Shown: positions 1 through 12,595 of the stretch, one piece after another
Layout of the letters: each line of letters starts with the position of its first letter
Position numbering within the stretch: position 1 is the first letter of the stretch
Origin: Octopus sinensis
Taxonomy: Eukaryota
Reading direction: 5' to 3'
Length of the DNA stretch: 64,000 nucleotides
Assembly: GCF_006345805.1 (NCBI RefSeq)
Contig: NC_043015.1
Span: 46,810,001-46,874,000 of the forward strand
Program-made: the position numbers and the translations under genes
Notes under the pieces: model-generated
Seen by the model: only the letters and a program-made list of their open reading frames with translations
Told to the model about the DNA's origin: nothing
Databases searched by the model: none

Positions 1-106
1 TCCGAATCCATCTGGCAGTTCTTGAGATATCTTTTCCTTGGACAAACAAACAAACAAACGAACACGACTAAAAGCAATACTTCTGCCTTCACTAAGGCAG
101 AAGTAA
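1..106 (+). mobile_element. 3' end of a Helentron/DINE-like element
   Basis: (ACAA)n microsatellite followed by a perfect 12-bp hairpin TACTTCTGCCTT-CACT-AAGGCAGAAGTA (78-105). Confidence 0.55.
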
Positions 107-315
107 TAATGATAATGAGGATAATATATATATATATATAATAAATATTAGGGAATAAATCCAAATTTACAGGGAAAAAATCAGATTTAGGATTAAATCC
201 AATTTTATAGTAAAATATTATATAATATTATTAGAGACAAAACCACTATTTTGCAAAACAAACAAGGAAAGACTTAATCAATACATAAAATTTTAATAAA
301 AAGTCAAAAAAACCG

Positions 316-358
316 CCACTACAATTGTTTCTTGTCTTGATCGACAATCTTCAGGTGG
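316..358 (-). ncRNA. Minimal type I hammerhead ribozyme motif, canonical core
   Basis: Minus strand CCAC CUGAAGA UUGUC gaucaa GACAA GAAA C aauu G U A GUGG: stem I CCAC/GUGG, intact CUGANGA and GAAA, stem II 5 bp, palindromic stem III ACAAUUGU, GUA cleavage triplet. Confidence 0.8.
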
Positions 359-469
359 ACTTCCAATAAGTCAGTTTCAAATTATTTCCTTGTTTGTTTT
401 GCAAAATAGTGGTTTTGTCTCTAATAATATTATATATATATAATAATATTATATATATATATATATATA

Positions 470-871
470 TACTCTCTTACTCTTTACTCTTTTACTTGTT
501 TCAGTCATTTGACTGCGGCCATGCTGGAGCACTGCCTTTAGTCAAGCAAATCGACCCCGGGACTTATTCTTTGTAAGCCCAGTACTTATTCTATCGGTCT
601 CTTTTGCCGAACTGCTAAGTGACGGGGACATAAACACACCAGCATCGGTTGTGAAGCAATGCTAGGGGGACAAACACAGACACACAAGCGCACACACATA
701 CATATATACGACGGGCTTCTTTCAGTTTCCGTCTACCTAATCCACTCACAAGGATTTGGTCAGCTCGAGGCTATAGTAGAAGACACTTGCCCAAGGTGCC
801 ACGCAGTGTGACTGAACCCGGAACCATGTGGTTGATAAACAAGCTACTTACCACACAGCCACTCCTGCGCC

Positions 872-872
<1 letters not shown>
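470..872 (-). mobile_element. tRNA-derived SINE, family A (dominant family)
   Basis: Head GGCGCAGGAGTGGCTGTGTGGTAAG (A-box-like) ... GGTTCAGTC (B-box-like), CCTTGGGCAAG motif reminiscent of the CORE domain, internal (TA)n/(TG)n, 3' half ending in (GTAAAAGA)n. Confidence 0.9.
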
Positions 873-909
<37 letters not shown>

Positions 910-1164
910 ATATCTTGTTTCAGTCATTAGACAGCCATGCATGGGCACGCCTTGAATTTTTGATGAAATGAATTTATCCCAGTACTTTTTTTAAACCTGG
1001 TGCTTATTCTATCAGTCTCTTTTGCCAAGCCACTAAGTTACAGGGATGCAAACACTAGCAGTTGCCAAGTGGTAGGGGTGAACTGTGGGGACAAACACAC
1101 AAAGGCACACAGATATATGTGTGTGTGTGTATAGAGTGTTAGAAGTGGCATAAAGATATTGTAT

Positions 1165-1362
1165 GTTGAGAAAAAAGGATGCCAGAATTTTGGAAAAAAA
1201 TCTTTTTATTTATTCATTATTATTAGTGCTTTTGTTCATTTTTCCGATAAGTTCGGAAGACACAATCTTATTTGATACATTCAAAAAATGAACGCAAACG
1301 CTAAAAATAATGAATGAATAAAAAAATTTTTTCCCAAAATTCTGGCGACCTCCTTTTTTTCT

Positions 1363-1366
<4 letters not shown>
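1165..1366. repeat. Diverged fold-back element
   Basis: Imperfect arms ~1165-1240 / 1283-1366, (TA)n on the right. Confidence 0.75.
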
Positions 1367-1404
<38 letters not shown>

Positions 1405-1927
1405 TAGTATTATAACCCAATTTCATCCAGGTCTACACAGGCCACATTTTAAAAAGATAAGGAATTTTTCCCTAGAGGCCATGCCTTTCAATTGAGCAAA
1501 CTGAAAGTTGCCATGCAAACTCCCTAGCACTTTTAACATAGGTGTGCAAATTTTCAAGTCAATCCGACCACATTTCCTAACACTTTTGCCTGCATAACTG
1601 CTTGTGAGACAACATCTGCCCTTTTCACAAATATATAGTAGATACATACACACACACACACACACACATAAAATATACATATACATATACACCAAATCCA
1701 CACAGCCCGAGGCTGTAGTAAAAAACACTTGCCCAAGGTGTCACACAGTGGGGCTGAACCCGGAACCATGTGGTTGGGAAGCAAGCTTCTTACTACACAG
1801 CTCCAACTGTTTTTTTCTCTAACACAGTTTCTAGCTAATCTTAATAAGGTTAATTACCTTCTGTTTACTTGATTAGTATGAAATTAAAACTACATGCAAA
1901 TTTATTTACAGTACATTTCTTGTTTAA

Positions 1928-2153
1928 CCCTTTCGTTACTGTATTTATTTTGAGATGCTCTGTGTTTCTTTCAATCAATTTTAAATATAACAAAGAATTT
2001 AGTGAAATAACTTAGTTATCATTAAGCTAGTGTTTGGAACATAACATAAACTGTGACTAAGTTTGGTGGAAGATTTTAATTCAAAACGTATGAAAACAAG
2101 ATATTTGTACTACAGAGCCAGAGCCGGTTTCAGCCGGGTTAATAACGAAAGGG
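1928..2153. mobile_element. TTAA-flanked MITE (piggyBac-like ends)
   Basis: TTAA|CCCTTTCGTTA ... TAACGAAAGGG|TTAA; related partial copy at ~29747-29940. Confidence 0.85.
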
Positions 2154-2341
2154 TTAAGGAAATAAATAAATTACCTAATTTGTTAAATTATTCCCTAATT
2201 CTATGAAGTCTCTTCAATGATCTTTGGGTTACTGAATATTTTATTGCTCTGCTATAATGAGAACACTCTGTTTTGATAGATTTGGATTTCCAAAATATGC
2301 TTTTTTTTATATATACTCTGAATTCTTCTGATTTTTAACAG

Positions 2342-2461
2342 GTATTATTATAGCAGAATGCGGTACGGAATCAAGCCTATTGTCTAATAGTGTAGTATCT
2401 GTTGAATATGTTTTAACACAGCTCAACAATACTCAGATAAGCCAGTGATCAAACAGAAACG
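2342..2461 (+). other. Candidate 120-nt exon
   Basis: Pyrimidine-rich acceptor TTCTTCTGATTTTTAACAG and donor G|GTATGT in non-repetitive sequence; best frame GIIIAECGTESSLLSNSVVSVEYVLTQLNNTQISQ* has a late TGA. Confidence 0.35.
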
Positions 2462-2619
2462 GTATGTATTTCTTTACTTTTGTGTAATATTTTTTCAAAA
2501 TAACAAAACTTAAAACAGGAAAATGAATAAAAGCCATTATTGACTATTCAAGCCTCTTTGTGTGGTTGGGATGATACTTTGAATAAGTGCCATTATATGT
2601 GCTCTCTAATTTCAGCCCT

Positions 2620-3150
2620 TCATCATCATCATCATCATCATCATTTAGCGTCCGCTTTCCATGCTGGCATGGGTTGGACGGTTCAACTGGGGTCTGGGAA
2701 GCCAGAAGGCTGCACCAGGCCCAGTCTGATCTGGCAATGTTTCTACGGCTGGATGCCCTTCCTAACGCCGACCACTCCGTGAGTGTAGTGGGTGCTTTTT
2801 ACATGCCACCGGCACATGTGCCAGATGGGGCTGGCAAACGGCCATGGTCGGATGGTGCTTTTTACGTGCCGGAGGCACAGGGGCCACGCGGGGATGGCAA
2901 CGGTCATGATCGGATGGTGCTTTTTATGTGCCACCGGCACAGGGGCCAGGAGTGGCTGGCAATGGCCACGATCAGATGGTGCTTTTTACGTGCCACCGGC
3001 ATGGAGGCCAGACGAGGCTGGCAACGGCCACGTTCGGATGGTTCGCTTACGTGCCACCGGCACTGGTTTCACAGCTACAATTTCCATTGATGTTGATTGA
3101 TTTCGATTTTGATTCTGATTCTCACTTGCCTCAACAGGTCTTCACAAGTA
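2620..3150 (-). mobile_element. RTE-family 3'UTR copy with 5-6 tandem ~62-bp subunits
   Basis: (CAT)n at left, then the reverse complement of the GGCGTTAGGAAGGGCATCCAGC motif, then repeated GGTGCTTTTTACGTGCCACCGGCAC units. Same family (coordinates approximate) at 3197-3670, 4435-4605, 5370-5548, 7295-7670, 11440-11830, 18380-18690, 23176-23625, 25750-26330, 27615-28040, 32420-32670, 34320-34540, 35400-35775, 38295-38960, 41030-41415. Confidence 0.85.
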
Positions 3151-3693
3151 GTTTTGTGTCCTTATATATAGAAATATATATATATATATATATATATCAT
3201 CATCATCATCATCATACACCCGCTTTCCATGTTGGCATTGGTTGGTCAGTTTGAGTGAAAACTTGATAAGCTGCACCAGATTTCAGACAGGAATCTGGGG
3301 AGCTGCACCACAGTCCAATCTGATTTTGTATGGTATCTGCACCCGGTTGCCCTTCCTAACGCCAACCGCTCCAAGAGTGTAGTGGGTGCTTTTTATGTGC
3401 CACCAGCATCAGCCATGACTATGGTCTCACTTGGCTTGACAGGTCTTCACCAAAGGTCTTGATCACCTGTCACTACCTCTGTGAGGCCCAACATTTCAAT
3501 GGTGCTTTTCTATGTACAAGTCAGACAGCACTGGAGTTGGCCACAACTACGATTTCACTTGCCTCAGCAGATCTTCTCAAGCACAGCATACCACCCAATG
3601 TTTGAAGAGTGCTTTTTACGTGCCAGTTACACAACACTGGCATCGGCCACAACTACAATCTCACTTGGCTTATATATATATGTATATATACAA

Positions 3694-3731
<38 letters not shown>

Positions 3732-3919
3732 TTGAAAAAAAACAATGTTTATCAATTCAAAATGATTAATTAAATTACACCATCTAGAAAATTACATATA
3801 ATAGAAAAGTTAAAATTAAAATAACAATATGATGTAAAGATTAAGTAAATTGCAAAAATAATAATAAAAATGTATATAATAGGTAGAAAAATGATTTTAT
3901 TCCCTCAAATAATAATAAT

Positions 3920-3956
<37 letters not shown>

Positions 3957-3957
<1 letters not shown>

Positions 3958-4256
3958 TTTGTATGATTAGAGTGCAGCAAAAAAATTTACTTCACCACAC
4001 ACCGAACTTTTAGAAATAGCAGCCAAAGAATTTAGCTATTTCCTCTACTATGAGAAGAGTCTCCCAGACAATGTATACTCAAAAACAATTCACGTAGGTA
4101 TAGAGGGAAAAATAACAAAAGTTATTTTTCCCTCTATACCTTGTCTGGGAGACTTTTCTTATAGTAGAGGAAATAGCTAAATTCTTTGGCTGCTATTTCC
4201 AAAAGTTCGGTGTGTGGTGAAGTAAATTTTTTTGCTGCACCCTAATTATACAAAGT
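3957..4256. repeat. Fold-back element with nested perfect hairpin
   Basis: Arms 3957-4071 / 4141-4256; inner 20-bp stem 4097-4116 / 4121-4140 with AAAA loop. Confidence 0.92.
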
Positions 4257-4719
4257 AATGTTAAATATACCGTAAATGGTCTTTACACACTGAACACTGC
4301 TTGGTAAAATTATTAATTACTAATTAATTAATTTTACCCTTATTATTATTGACTATATATATATATATATATATACTTAGGAGTGGATGCATTGCGTTCA
4401 ATTAAATAAATAATATATATATATATATATATAAAAAGCACCCACTACACTCGCGGAGTGGTTGGCGTTAGGAAGGGCATCCAGCCGTAAAAACTCTGCC
4501 AGATCAGACTGGCGCCTGGAGCAGCCCCTGGCTTCCCAGACCCCGGTCGAACCGTCCAACCCGTGCTAGCTCGGAAAACGGACGTTAAACAATGATGATG
4601 ATGATATATATATGTGGGTACAGGACATCACCAACAGTGCAAATGACATAGACATGAGAGCTAGATACAAAACATGGACAGCAGCATTGGCAATGACCTT
4701 GCTTGAATGTTGTTTTTCA

Positions 4720-5360
4720 TGTGCCACCGGCACAAGTGCGATTAAGGCGATGCTGGTAATGATCACGCTCAAATGGTGCTTTTTACATGTCACCGGCACG
4801 GGGGCTAGTCAGTGGCCCTGGCAATGATCATGCTCGGCTGGTGCTTTTAGAGCTCCACTAGCATGGATGCTAGTCATGCGATGCTGTCATCGAATTTGAT
4901 TTCGATTTCACTTGCCTCAACAGGTCTTCACAAGCTGAGTTTAGTGTCCAATGAAGGAAAGGTACTCATAAGTAGACTGTTTACACCATTGGCATAGGCC
5001 AAGGGTTATGGTCTCACTTGGTTTGCTGGGTCTTCTCAAGCACAGCATATTTACAAAGGCCTCAGTCACTAGTCATTGCCTGAATGAGGCCTAATGTTCG
5101 AAGGTCGTGCTTCACCAACTCATTCCAGGTCTTCCTGGATCTACCTCTTTCACAGGTTTCCTCAACCGCTAGGGTGTAACACTTTTTCACTCAGCTATCC
5201 TCATCCATTCGCACCACATGACCATACCAGCGTAGTCGTCTCTCTTGCACACCACATCTGATGCCTCTTAGGTCCAACTTTTCTCTCAAGGTACTTACAC
5301 TCTGTCGAGTATGCACACTGACATTGCACATCCAGCGGAGTATACTGGCTTCGTTCCTAG
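4720..5360 (-). mobile_element. RTE LINE C-terminal fragment plus partial 3'UTR
   Basis: ORF track 5191-5610 contains RWMCNVSVHTRQSVSTLREKLDLRGIRCGVQERRLRWYGHVVRMDEDS; same family as 36508-37575. Confidence 0.85.
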
Positions 5361-5816
5361 CACCAGTGCTGGTGGTACGTAAAAAGCTCCCACTACACTC
5401 ACGGGCGTTAGGAAGGGCATCCAGCTGTAGAAACACTGCCAGATCAGACTGGAGCCTGGTGCAACCTCCTGGCTTCCTAGACCCCAGTCGAACCGTCCAA
5501 CCCATGCTAGCATAGAAAACCGACGTTAAACGATGATGATGATGATGTGGATGTATAAATGTGTATGTGCGTACATGTATATACATATGTGTGTAGTTCT
5601 TTATATGCATTCATTTACATGAATTGATGCACATGTACGTTTCTTCATATAAGTGCACTTTGTACATGCATATTTGTATCCATTTGCATATGTGTGTATA
5701 TATGTATGTATTTATGTTTATATATGCATGTTATTTTTATTTAGATGTGTATATCTATGGATATCTTAACATCAGTCAAAAAACATCTTTTAATTTAATA
5801 TATATATATATATGTA

Positions 5817-5983
5817 CAGGCGCAGGAGTGGCTGTGTGGTAAGTAGCTTGCTTACCAACCACATGGTTCCGGGTTCAGTCCCACTGCGTGGCACCTTGGG
5901 CAAGCGTCTTCTACTATAGCCTCGGGCCGACCAAAGCCCTGTGAGTGGATTTGGTAGGCGGAAACTGAAAGAAGCCCGTCGTA

Positions 5984-6042
<59 letters not shown>

Positions 6043-6235
6043 GTTTGTGTGTCTGCGTTTGTCCCTCCACCCCCCCAACATCGCTTGACAACTGATGCTG
6101 GTGTGTTTACGTCCCCGTAACTTTAGCGGTTCCGCAAAAGAGACCGATAGAATAAGTACTAGGCTTACAAAGAATAAGTCCGGTGCTCCAGCATGGCCAT
6201 AGTCACATGACTGAAACAAGTAAAAAGTAAAAGTA
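5817..6235 (+). mobile_element. SINE family A, full length
   Basis: Same head/body/tail as above; a second copy follows at ~6290-6675. Confidence 0.9.
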
Positions 6236-6696
6236 AGTAAAGTACGTACTGGAATTAAAAGATGAATGTTTTTGACGGGTGTTATTATATAAGCGCAGGA
6301 GTGTGGTAATTAGCTTGCTTACCAACCACATGGTTCCAGTTTCAGTCCCACTGCATGGCACCTTGGCCAAGTGTCTTCTACTATAGCCTCAGGCTGACCA
6401 AAGCCTTGTGAGTGGATTTGGTAGACGGAAACTGAGAAGAAGCCTGTCTTATATATGTATATATATGAGTTTGTATGTCGGCGTTTCTCTCCCCAACATC
6501 GCTTGACAACCGATGCTGGTGTGTTTACATCCCTGTAACTTAGTGGTTCGGCAAAAAGAGACTGATAGAATAAGTACTAGGCTTACAAAGAATAAGTCCT
6601 GGGGTCGATTTGCTCAACTAAAGGCAGTGCTCCAGCATGGCCACAGTCAAATGACTGAAACAAGTAAAAGAGTAGAATACATATGTTTATATATTA

Positions 6697-7081
6697 TCTC
6701 TCTCTATATAAACGGCAGTTTGTCTGTGCATGTTTCTGTGTGTCTGTTTGCTTGTACCCTCACTCTGACCACGGCTTTCAACCGATTCTGATGAAACTTG
6801 ACACACACATAGCCCAATGTCATAATTCAAAACTAACGCAGCGAAAATTTTGAAAAGTTCCCCCAGTTCTGAAAAAAATCGATAAATTCGACATGGGGTC
6901 GAGAATCAGAAACACAAACCGCAAACTGTCTAGGGGACGCAACGCCACCTTTTTTAACTAAAAAAAAAATTTACCATCATTTTTTTCCATTTTTTTTGCT
7001 ATTTTTTTGGCTATAACTCTCTAAAAATGCTTTATAGTTATTTCCCTTACAAACCTGAGCAACGCCGGGCGATACTGCTAG
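6697..7081 (+). mobile_element. Non-autonomous Helitron-like element
   Basis: A|TC 5' start (TCTCTCTCTATATAAACGGC), GC-rich subterminal GAGCAACGCCGGGC, 3' CTAG|T, no TSD. Confidence 0.7.
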
Positions 7082-8117
7082 TTTTATATAAATTTCCCTG
7101 AATTCAATAATCTAATTACCAAAATATTTATTTTATTTCCTCATTTACATGATACTCTTTTTCACTGTAATTTACTAGTCACACACTCATGCTTACACTC
7201 AGTATCATATTAATCCTTTCCAGTATAAGTACAAGGTTAGTCAGTACCAGTGCTCAACTGATACTAATTCTGTCGACCCTGAAATGATGATGATGATCAT
7301 CATCGTTTAACGTCCGTTATCCATTCTAGCATATGTTGGACGGTTCAACTGGGGTCTGGGAGGCCAGTAGGCTGTGCCAGGCCCAGTCTGATCTGGCAAT
7401 GTTTCTACGGCTGGATGCCCTTCCTATCGCCAACCACTCCGTGAGTGTAGTGGGTGCTTTTTACGTGCCACCGACACAGGTGCCAGACGGGGCTGGCAGA
7501 CGGCCACAATCGGATGGTGCTTTTTTACGTGCCACTGGCACGAGGGCCAGACGAGGCTGGCAACGGCCACAATCTGATAGTGCCTTTTACGTGCCACCGG
7601 CATGGAGGCCAGTCGGGGTGGTGCTGGCAACGGCCACATTCGGATGGTTCTCTTATGCGCCACCGGTACTGGTATAGGTACAGGTGTAGCTGTGTGGTAA
7701 GAAGCTTGCCTCCCAATCACATGGTTCTAGGTTCAGTCTCAATGCATGGCACCTTGGGCAAGTGTCTCCTACTGTAACCTTGGGTCGACCAAAGGCTTGT
7801 GAGTGGATTTGGTAGACGGAAACTGAAAGAAGCCTGTCACGCACACGTGTGTGTATATCTTTGTGTTTGTGTTTGTTCCCCCCCCTCTCTTGACAACCAA
7901 TATTGGTGAGTTTACATCCTTATAATTTAGCAGTTCAGCAAAAGAGACTGATAGAATAAGTACGAGGCTTAAATAAGTCGACTTGTTCGGCTAAAACCCC
8001 CTCAAGGCGGTGCTCCAGCATGGCTGCAGTAAAATGACAAACGAGTAACAGAAAAAAAGAAAAATTATATGGACACTTGTGTGTGTGTATGAATTTATAA
8101 CAATGTGGATTTGTATA

Positions 8118-8284
8118 TAGGCGCAGGAGTGGCTGTGAGGTAAGTAGCTTGCTTACCAATCACATAGTTCCGGGTTCAGTCCCACTGCGTGGCACCTTGG
8201 ACAAGTGTCTTCTGCTATAGCCTCGGGCCGACCAAAGCCTTGTGAGTGGATTTGGTAGACAGAAACTGAAAGAAGCCCGTCGTA

Positions 8285-8324
<40 letters not shown>

Positions 8325-8535
8325 TTTGTGTGTCTGTGTTTGTCCCCTAGCATTGCTTGACAACTGATGCTGGTGTGTTTATGTCCTCGTCAGTTAGCGG
8401 TTCAGCAAAAAGAGGCCGATAGAATAAGTACTGGGCTTACAAAAGAATAAGTCCTGGGGTTGAGTTGCTCGATTAAAGGCGGTGCTCCAGCATGGCCGCA
8501 GTCAAATGACTGAAACAAGTAAAAGAGTAAAAGAG
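8118..8535 (+). mobile_element. SINE family A, full length
   Basis: TATAGGCGCAGGAGTGGCTG...GAAACAAGTAAAAGAGTAAAAGAG; an inverted copy lies at ~8910-9310. Confidence 0.9.
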
Positions 8536-10618
8536 ATTCAGTTAAGGGGAACCGATACTAAACAGTCCTTTCTATCACCACCGATACTAAAAAGCCCTTT
8601 GTATACTCAGATTTTTCTAGAATATACAATGAGAGAGAGAGACAGAGAAAGCCTAGTCTAGATTGACATCTCTTATCTATACATGCTTTGTACTCGAAAT
8701 CCTGTTTCTTCTTAGCTATTCATTTGTTACTCTTTTACTTGTTTCAGTCATTTGACTGCGGCCACGTAAACACACCAGCATCGGTTGTCAAGCAATGCTA
8801 GGGGGACAAACACAGACATACAAACATACACGCACATATATATATATATATATACATATATACAACGGGCTTCTTTTAGTTTCCGTCTACCTTCTTAGCT
8901 TTTCATTTGTTACTCTTTTACTTGTTTCAGTCATTTGACTGCGGCCATGCTGGAGCACCGCCTTTAATCGAGCAACTCGACCCCGGGACTTATTCATTTG
9001 TAAGCCCAGTACTTATTCTATCGGTCTCTTTTTGCTGAACCGCTAAGTGACGGGGACGTAAACACACCAGCAACGGTTGTCAAGAAATGCTAGGGGGACA
9101 AACACACACGCACACACACATATATATATATATATATATACATATATACGACGGGCTTCTTTCAGTTTCCGTCTACCAAATCTATTCACAAGGCTTTGGT
9201 CGGCCCGAGGCTATAGTAGAAGACACTTGCCCAAGGTGCCACGCAGTGTGACTGAACCCGGAACCATGTGGTTGGTAAACAAGCTACTTACTACACAGCC
9301 ACTCCTGCTCCTCCTGTTATCTATATTCACATATTAATATGACTATTATTAACTGGTGACATTTGTCCATCCATGTTCTTTTCTGCTCCTGCAACATCTA
9401 TATACCACTAAAACTCTGTAGTTGCTTGCTTGCACTTATGTCTGTAATTTGATACAGCCAAACTGGCACTTAATAGGAAAATACTCTGAAAAGTAAGGAA
9501 CCCTGAAATGTGAATACAAATGGAATAAAACAAATTTCGCATAAACCGGACCATGGATTTCTGAGACATGTGGATTTTTGGGGGTACGAATTGAAATATT
9601 TAATTAATCCTCATAAAATTAACTTTCATTTCAATGCAGTGTTGAAATCAGCTTCAATGTTTTATAACTTGAACCGTCAGTGACCCAATGGGTTTATGGG
9701 TAGTTTAGTATTAATTAAAATCAATCTTCTCTCTCCCTCCCCCCTTGATCTTATATCTAAAATCCAGATTGTTTTAAAAGCACTGTAGAGAAGAGTCAAT
9801 TCATTTGGAAGAATTCTCTTCTTTTTTTTATTGTTATTTATTTCAGCAATTGTATTCATTAGAGTCACTGTTTTCCATAGCAAGAGTACTTGACACAAAC
9901 TGCCAAGTACTTAGCTACTTAGTTACAAAGTACAATACTTGTTAGCCATATATAGCCTACAATAAGTGGAGTTTGTGCTTTTGTTAAGGAAGTTGTTTAA
10001 CTTCAGGTCAGTCCCAAGTAGACCCATTGTCAGCTTACAAGTGGAGATTGTGCTTTTTTTAAGGAAGGGCAGTCCTAAATTCACCCATGATCAGAATTAT
10101 TCCATTCCATCCTGCTCTCGAACATTGCATTATTTATTCTTTTACTTGCTTCAGTCATTTGACTGTGGCCATGCTGGAGCACCACTCATTTTTAGTCGAG
10201 GAAATCTACCCCGGGACTTATTCTTTGTAAAGCTAGTACTTATTCTGTCAGTCTATTTTGTCAAACGGCCAAGTTACAAGGACATAAACACACCAACATC
10301 AGTTGTCAAGCAGTGGTGGGGGAACAAAGACACACACATATACAACAGGCTTCTTTCAGTTTCCATTTACCAAATCCACTCACAAGACTCTAGTCGGCCT
10401 GAGGAAATTGTAGAAAACACTTGCCCAAGGTACCACACAGTGGGACTGAACCCAGAACCATACAGTTGGGAAGCAAGCTTCATAACCCACAGCCATGCCT
10501 GCAAGTAGGACAACACTATCCAATATGTTACTTCTTTTTGTTAAGATGGTAGGGTATCTATCTGCAGTAGAGGTGTGTATTTAGAATACATACTTCTACT
10601 AAATTTCTGTGTTTTCAG

Positions 10619-10736
10619 GTGTATAATAGCCCACGAGTCATGTAGCCTTTGTTAGTTGTTTGAAGATAACAGAATTATAGTTAACTACAAGTGGGTTTCT
10701 CTATATCCCTATATCCTTCTTTGATATCAAAGAAAG
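10619..10736 (+). other. Candidate non-coding exon (118 nt)
   Basis: Acceptor TTTCTGTGTTTTCAG, donor AAG|GTAAAC; stops in all three frames. Confidence 0.25.
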
Positions 10737-12595
10737 GTAAACGTCCCATATATCTAAAAAAATATTGCTAACACTTTTTCCCAAATCTATTTTTCAATGA
10801 TTAGTAGCACTTATGAAGAAACTAAAAAAATGTCCCAGTCTATCCCGTTATAGGTTTATTATAAATGCAATTGCTAGCATTGAAAACATGCACACAAAAG
10901 ATCAGGTCATCTATATTTAGCAGTAAAAATATAAGCAGATGTTAATTTTTTTTTGTTCTTTAATGACCTTGTTGAGGTTCTTAGACACCCTTTCTCTCAT
11001 GTATGTATATATATTAAAACGGAATCATACATATTTTTACACCTTGTTATATAAATTCACTACAATACATATCCTCTCATGTATGTATGTATATATATAT
11101 ATTAGAATGTAATCACATATTTTCGACACCTTGTTATATAAATTCACTACAGTCTTAGGTTTTTAGTTTAATTTCTGCCGTCTTTATTTTCACTCATTCC
11201 TTATTTATAACCTTTTATGTGTATGTCCATAAAATGATTTGGAAAATATTTTTATCTTTCTTTTTGGGATATTCTCTATTAAATCAGTGGTTCATATATT
11301 GTGTAATATAACTGATTAGTAATTAGATGAAATTTTTCGTTACTAAATCACAAAATGAGAGTCAAACTTAAAAGAGAAAATATATATATTTAGTGTGTTG
11401 TCCTGGGTTAGAGAATTGATCACTACAGAACTAGTAAATCATCATCATCATCATCATTTAACGTCTGTTTTCCATGTTGGCATGGGTTGGATGGTTTGAC
11501 TGGAACTAGTAAGGCCAGGGGCCCCCACCAGGCTCCATTTATGGCATGGTTTCTACAGCAGAATGCCTTTCCTAATGCCAACCACTTCATAGAGTGTACT
11601 AAGTGTTTCTCATGTGGCACCAGCACCAATATCATTTCTGCTGTGGCAGACAGGTCTTCTTGAATACAGCAAGGCACCAAGCATCTTGGTTCTTTATCAT
11701 CTCCTTCATAAGGCTCAGTGTCTCAAGGATGGGCTTCAATACTTCTTCCTGTCTTTTCCTGGGTTTCCCTCTTGCACAAGTTTCATCCACTTTCAGTAAT
11801 TGGATCTTTTGTATGCAAATGTCTACATCCATATACAATTCCAAGTGGAATCAGCTGTAAATAGTTGTCTCCGCATGGTACATTTTATTCTAGAGATCTC
11901 AGTTCATATTACTCTGAGCAATAGCTACCAAATAGGTTTTCCTGAATTAAACTAATGCTGTATACAATAGAGATTTGATTCATCTACTGATGCCAGGCAT
12001 AGGCATTAGGCTGGCAGAATTGTTAGCATGTGAGATGAAACCATTTAGCAATATCTCCTCTGATCCTTGACGTTCTGAGTTCAAATTCCACCAAGGTCAA
12101 CTGTGTCTTTCACCCCCTTTGGGTTGGGGAAGAGGTCAATAAAATAATGCTTTGCATTCTTTTACTTGTTTCAGTCATTTGATTGTGTCTATGCTGGAGC
12201 ACCACCTTATTTTAGACAAAGAGATCAACCCCAGAACTTATTCTTTGTAAGCCTGGTACTTATTCTATCAGTATCTTTTGCCAAACTGGTACTTGATGTT
12301 CTGAGTTTAAATTCCACCAAGGTCAACTGTCTTTCACCCCCTTTGGGTTGGGGAAGAGGTCAATAAAATAAAGTACCAATCAAGTACTGGAGTCAATGTA
12401 ATTGATATTTGTCCACCACCACCACCCTCTCAAAAATTGATGAGCTTGAACCATTCAGGGCGAGTGTTGTGAACTCGGTCACTGACATGACATGGAAACT
12501 GGGTAACTACAAAAAAAAAGTTTTAAGAACCACTGCTCTAATGTCTTGAAGTTGTTGGAGTAGACTTTTAATATTTTAAAAACATTTTCTTTATA

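Noticed and set aside
9966-10508. 180-aa ORF
   Set aside because: Mostly antisense SINE A sequence; no recognisable domain.
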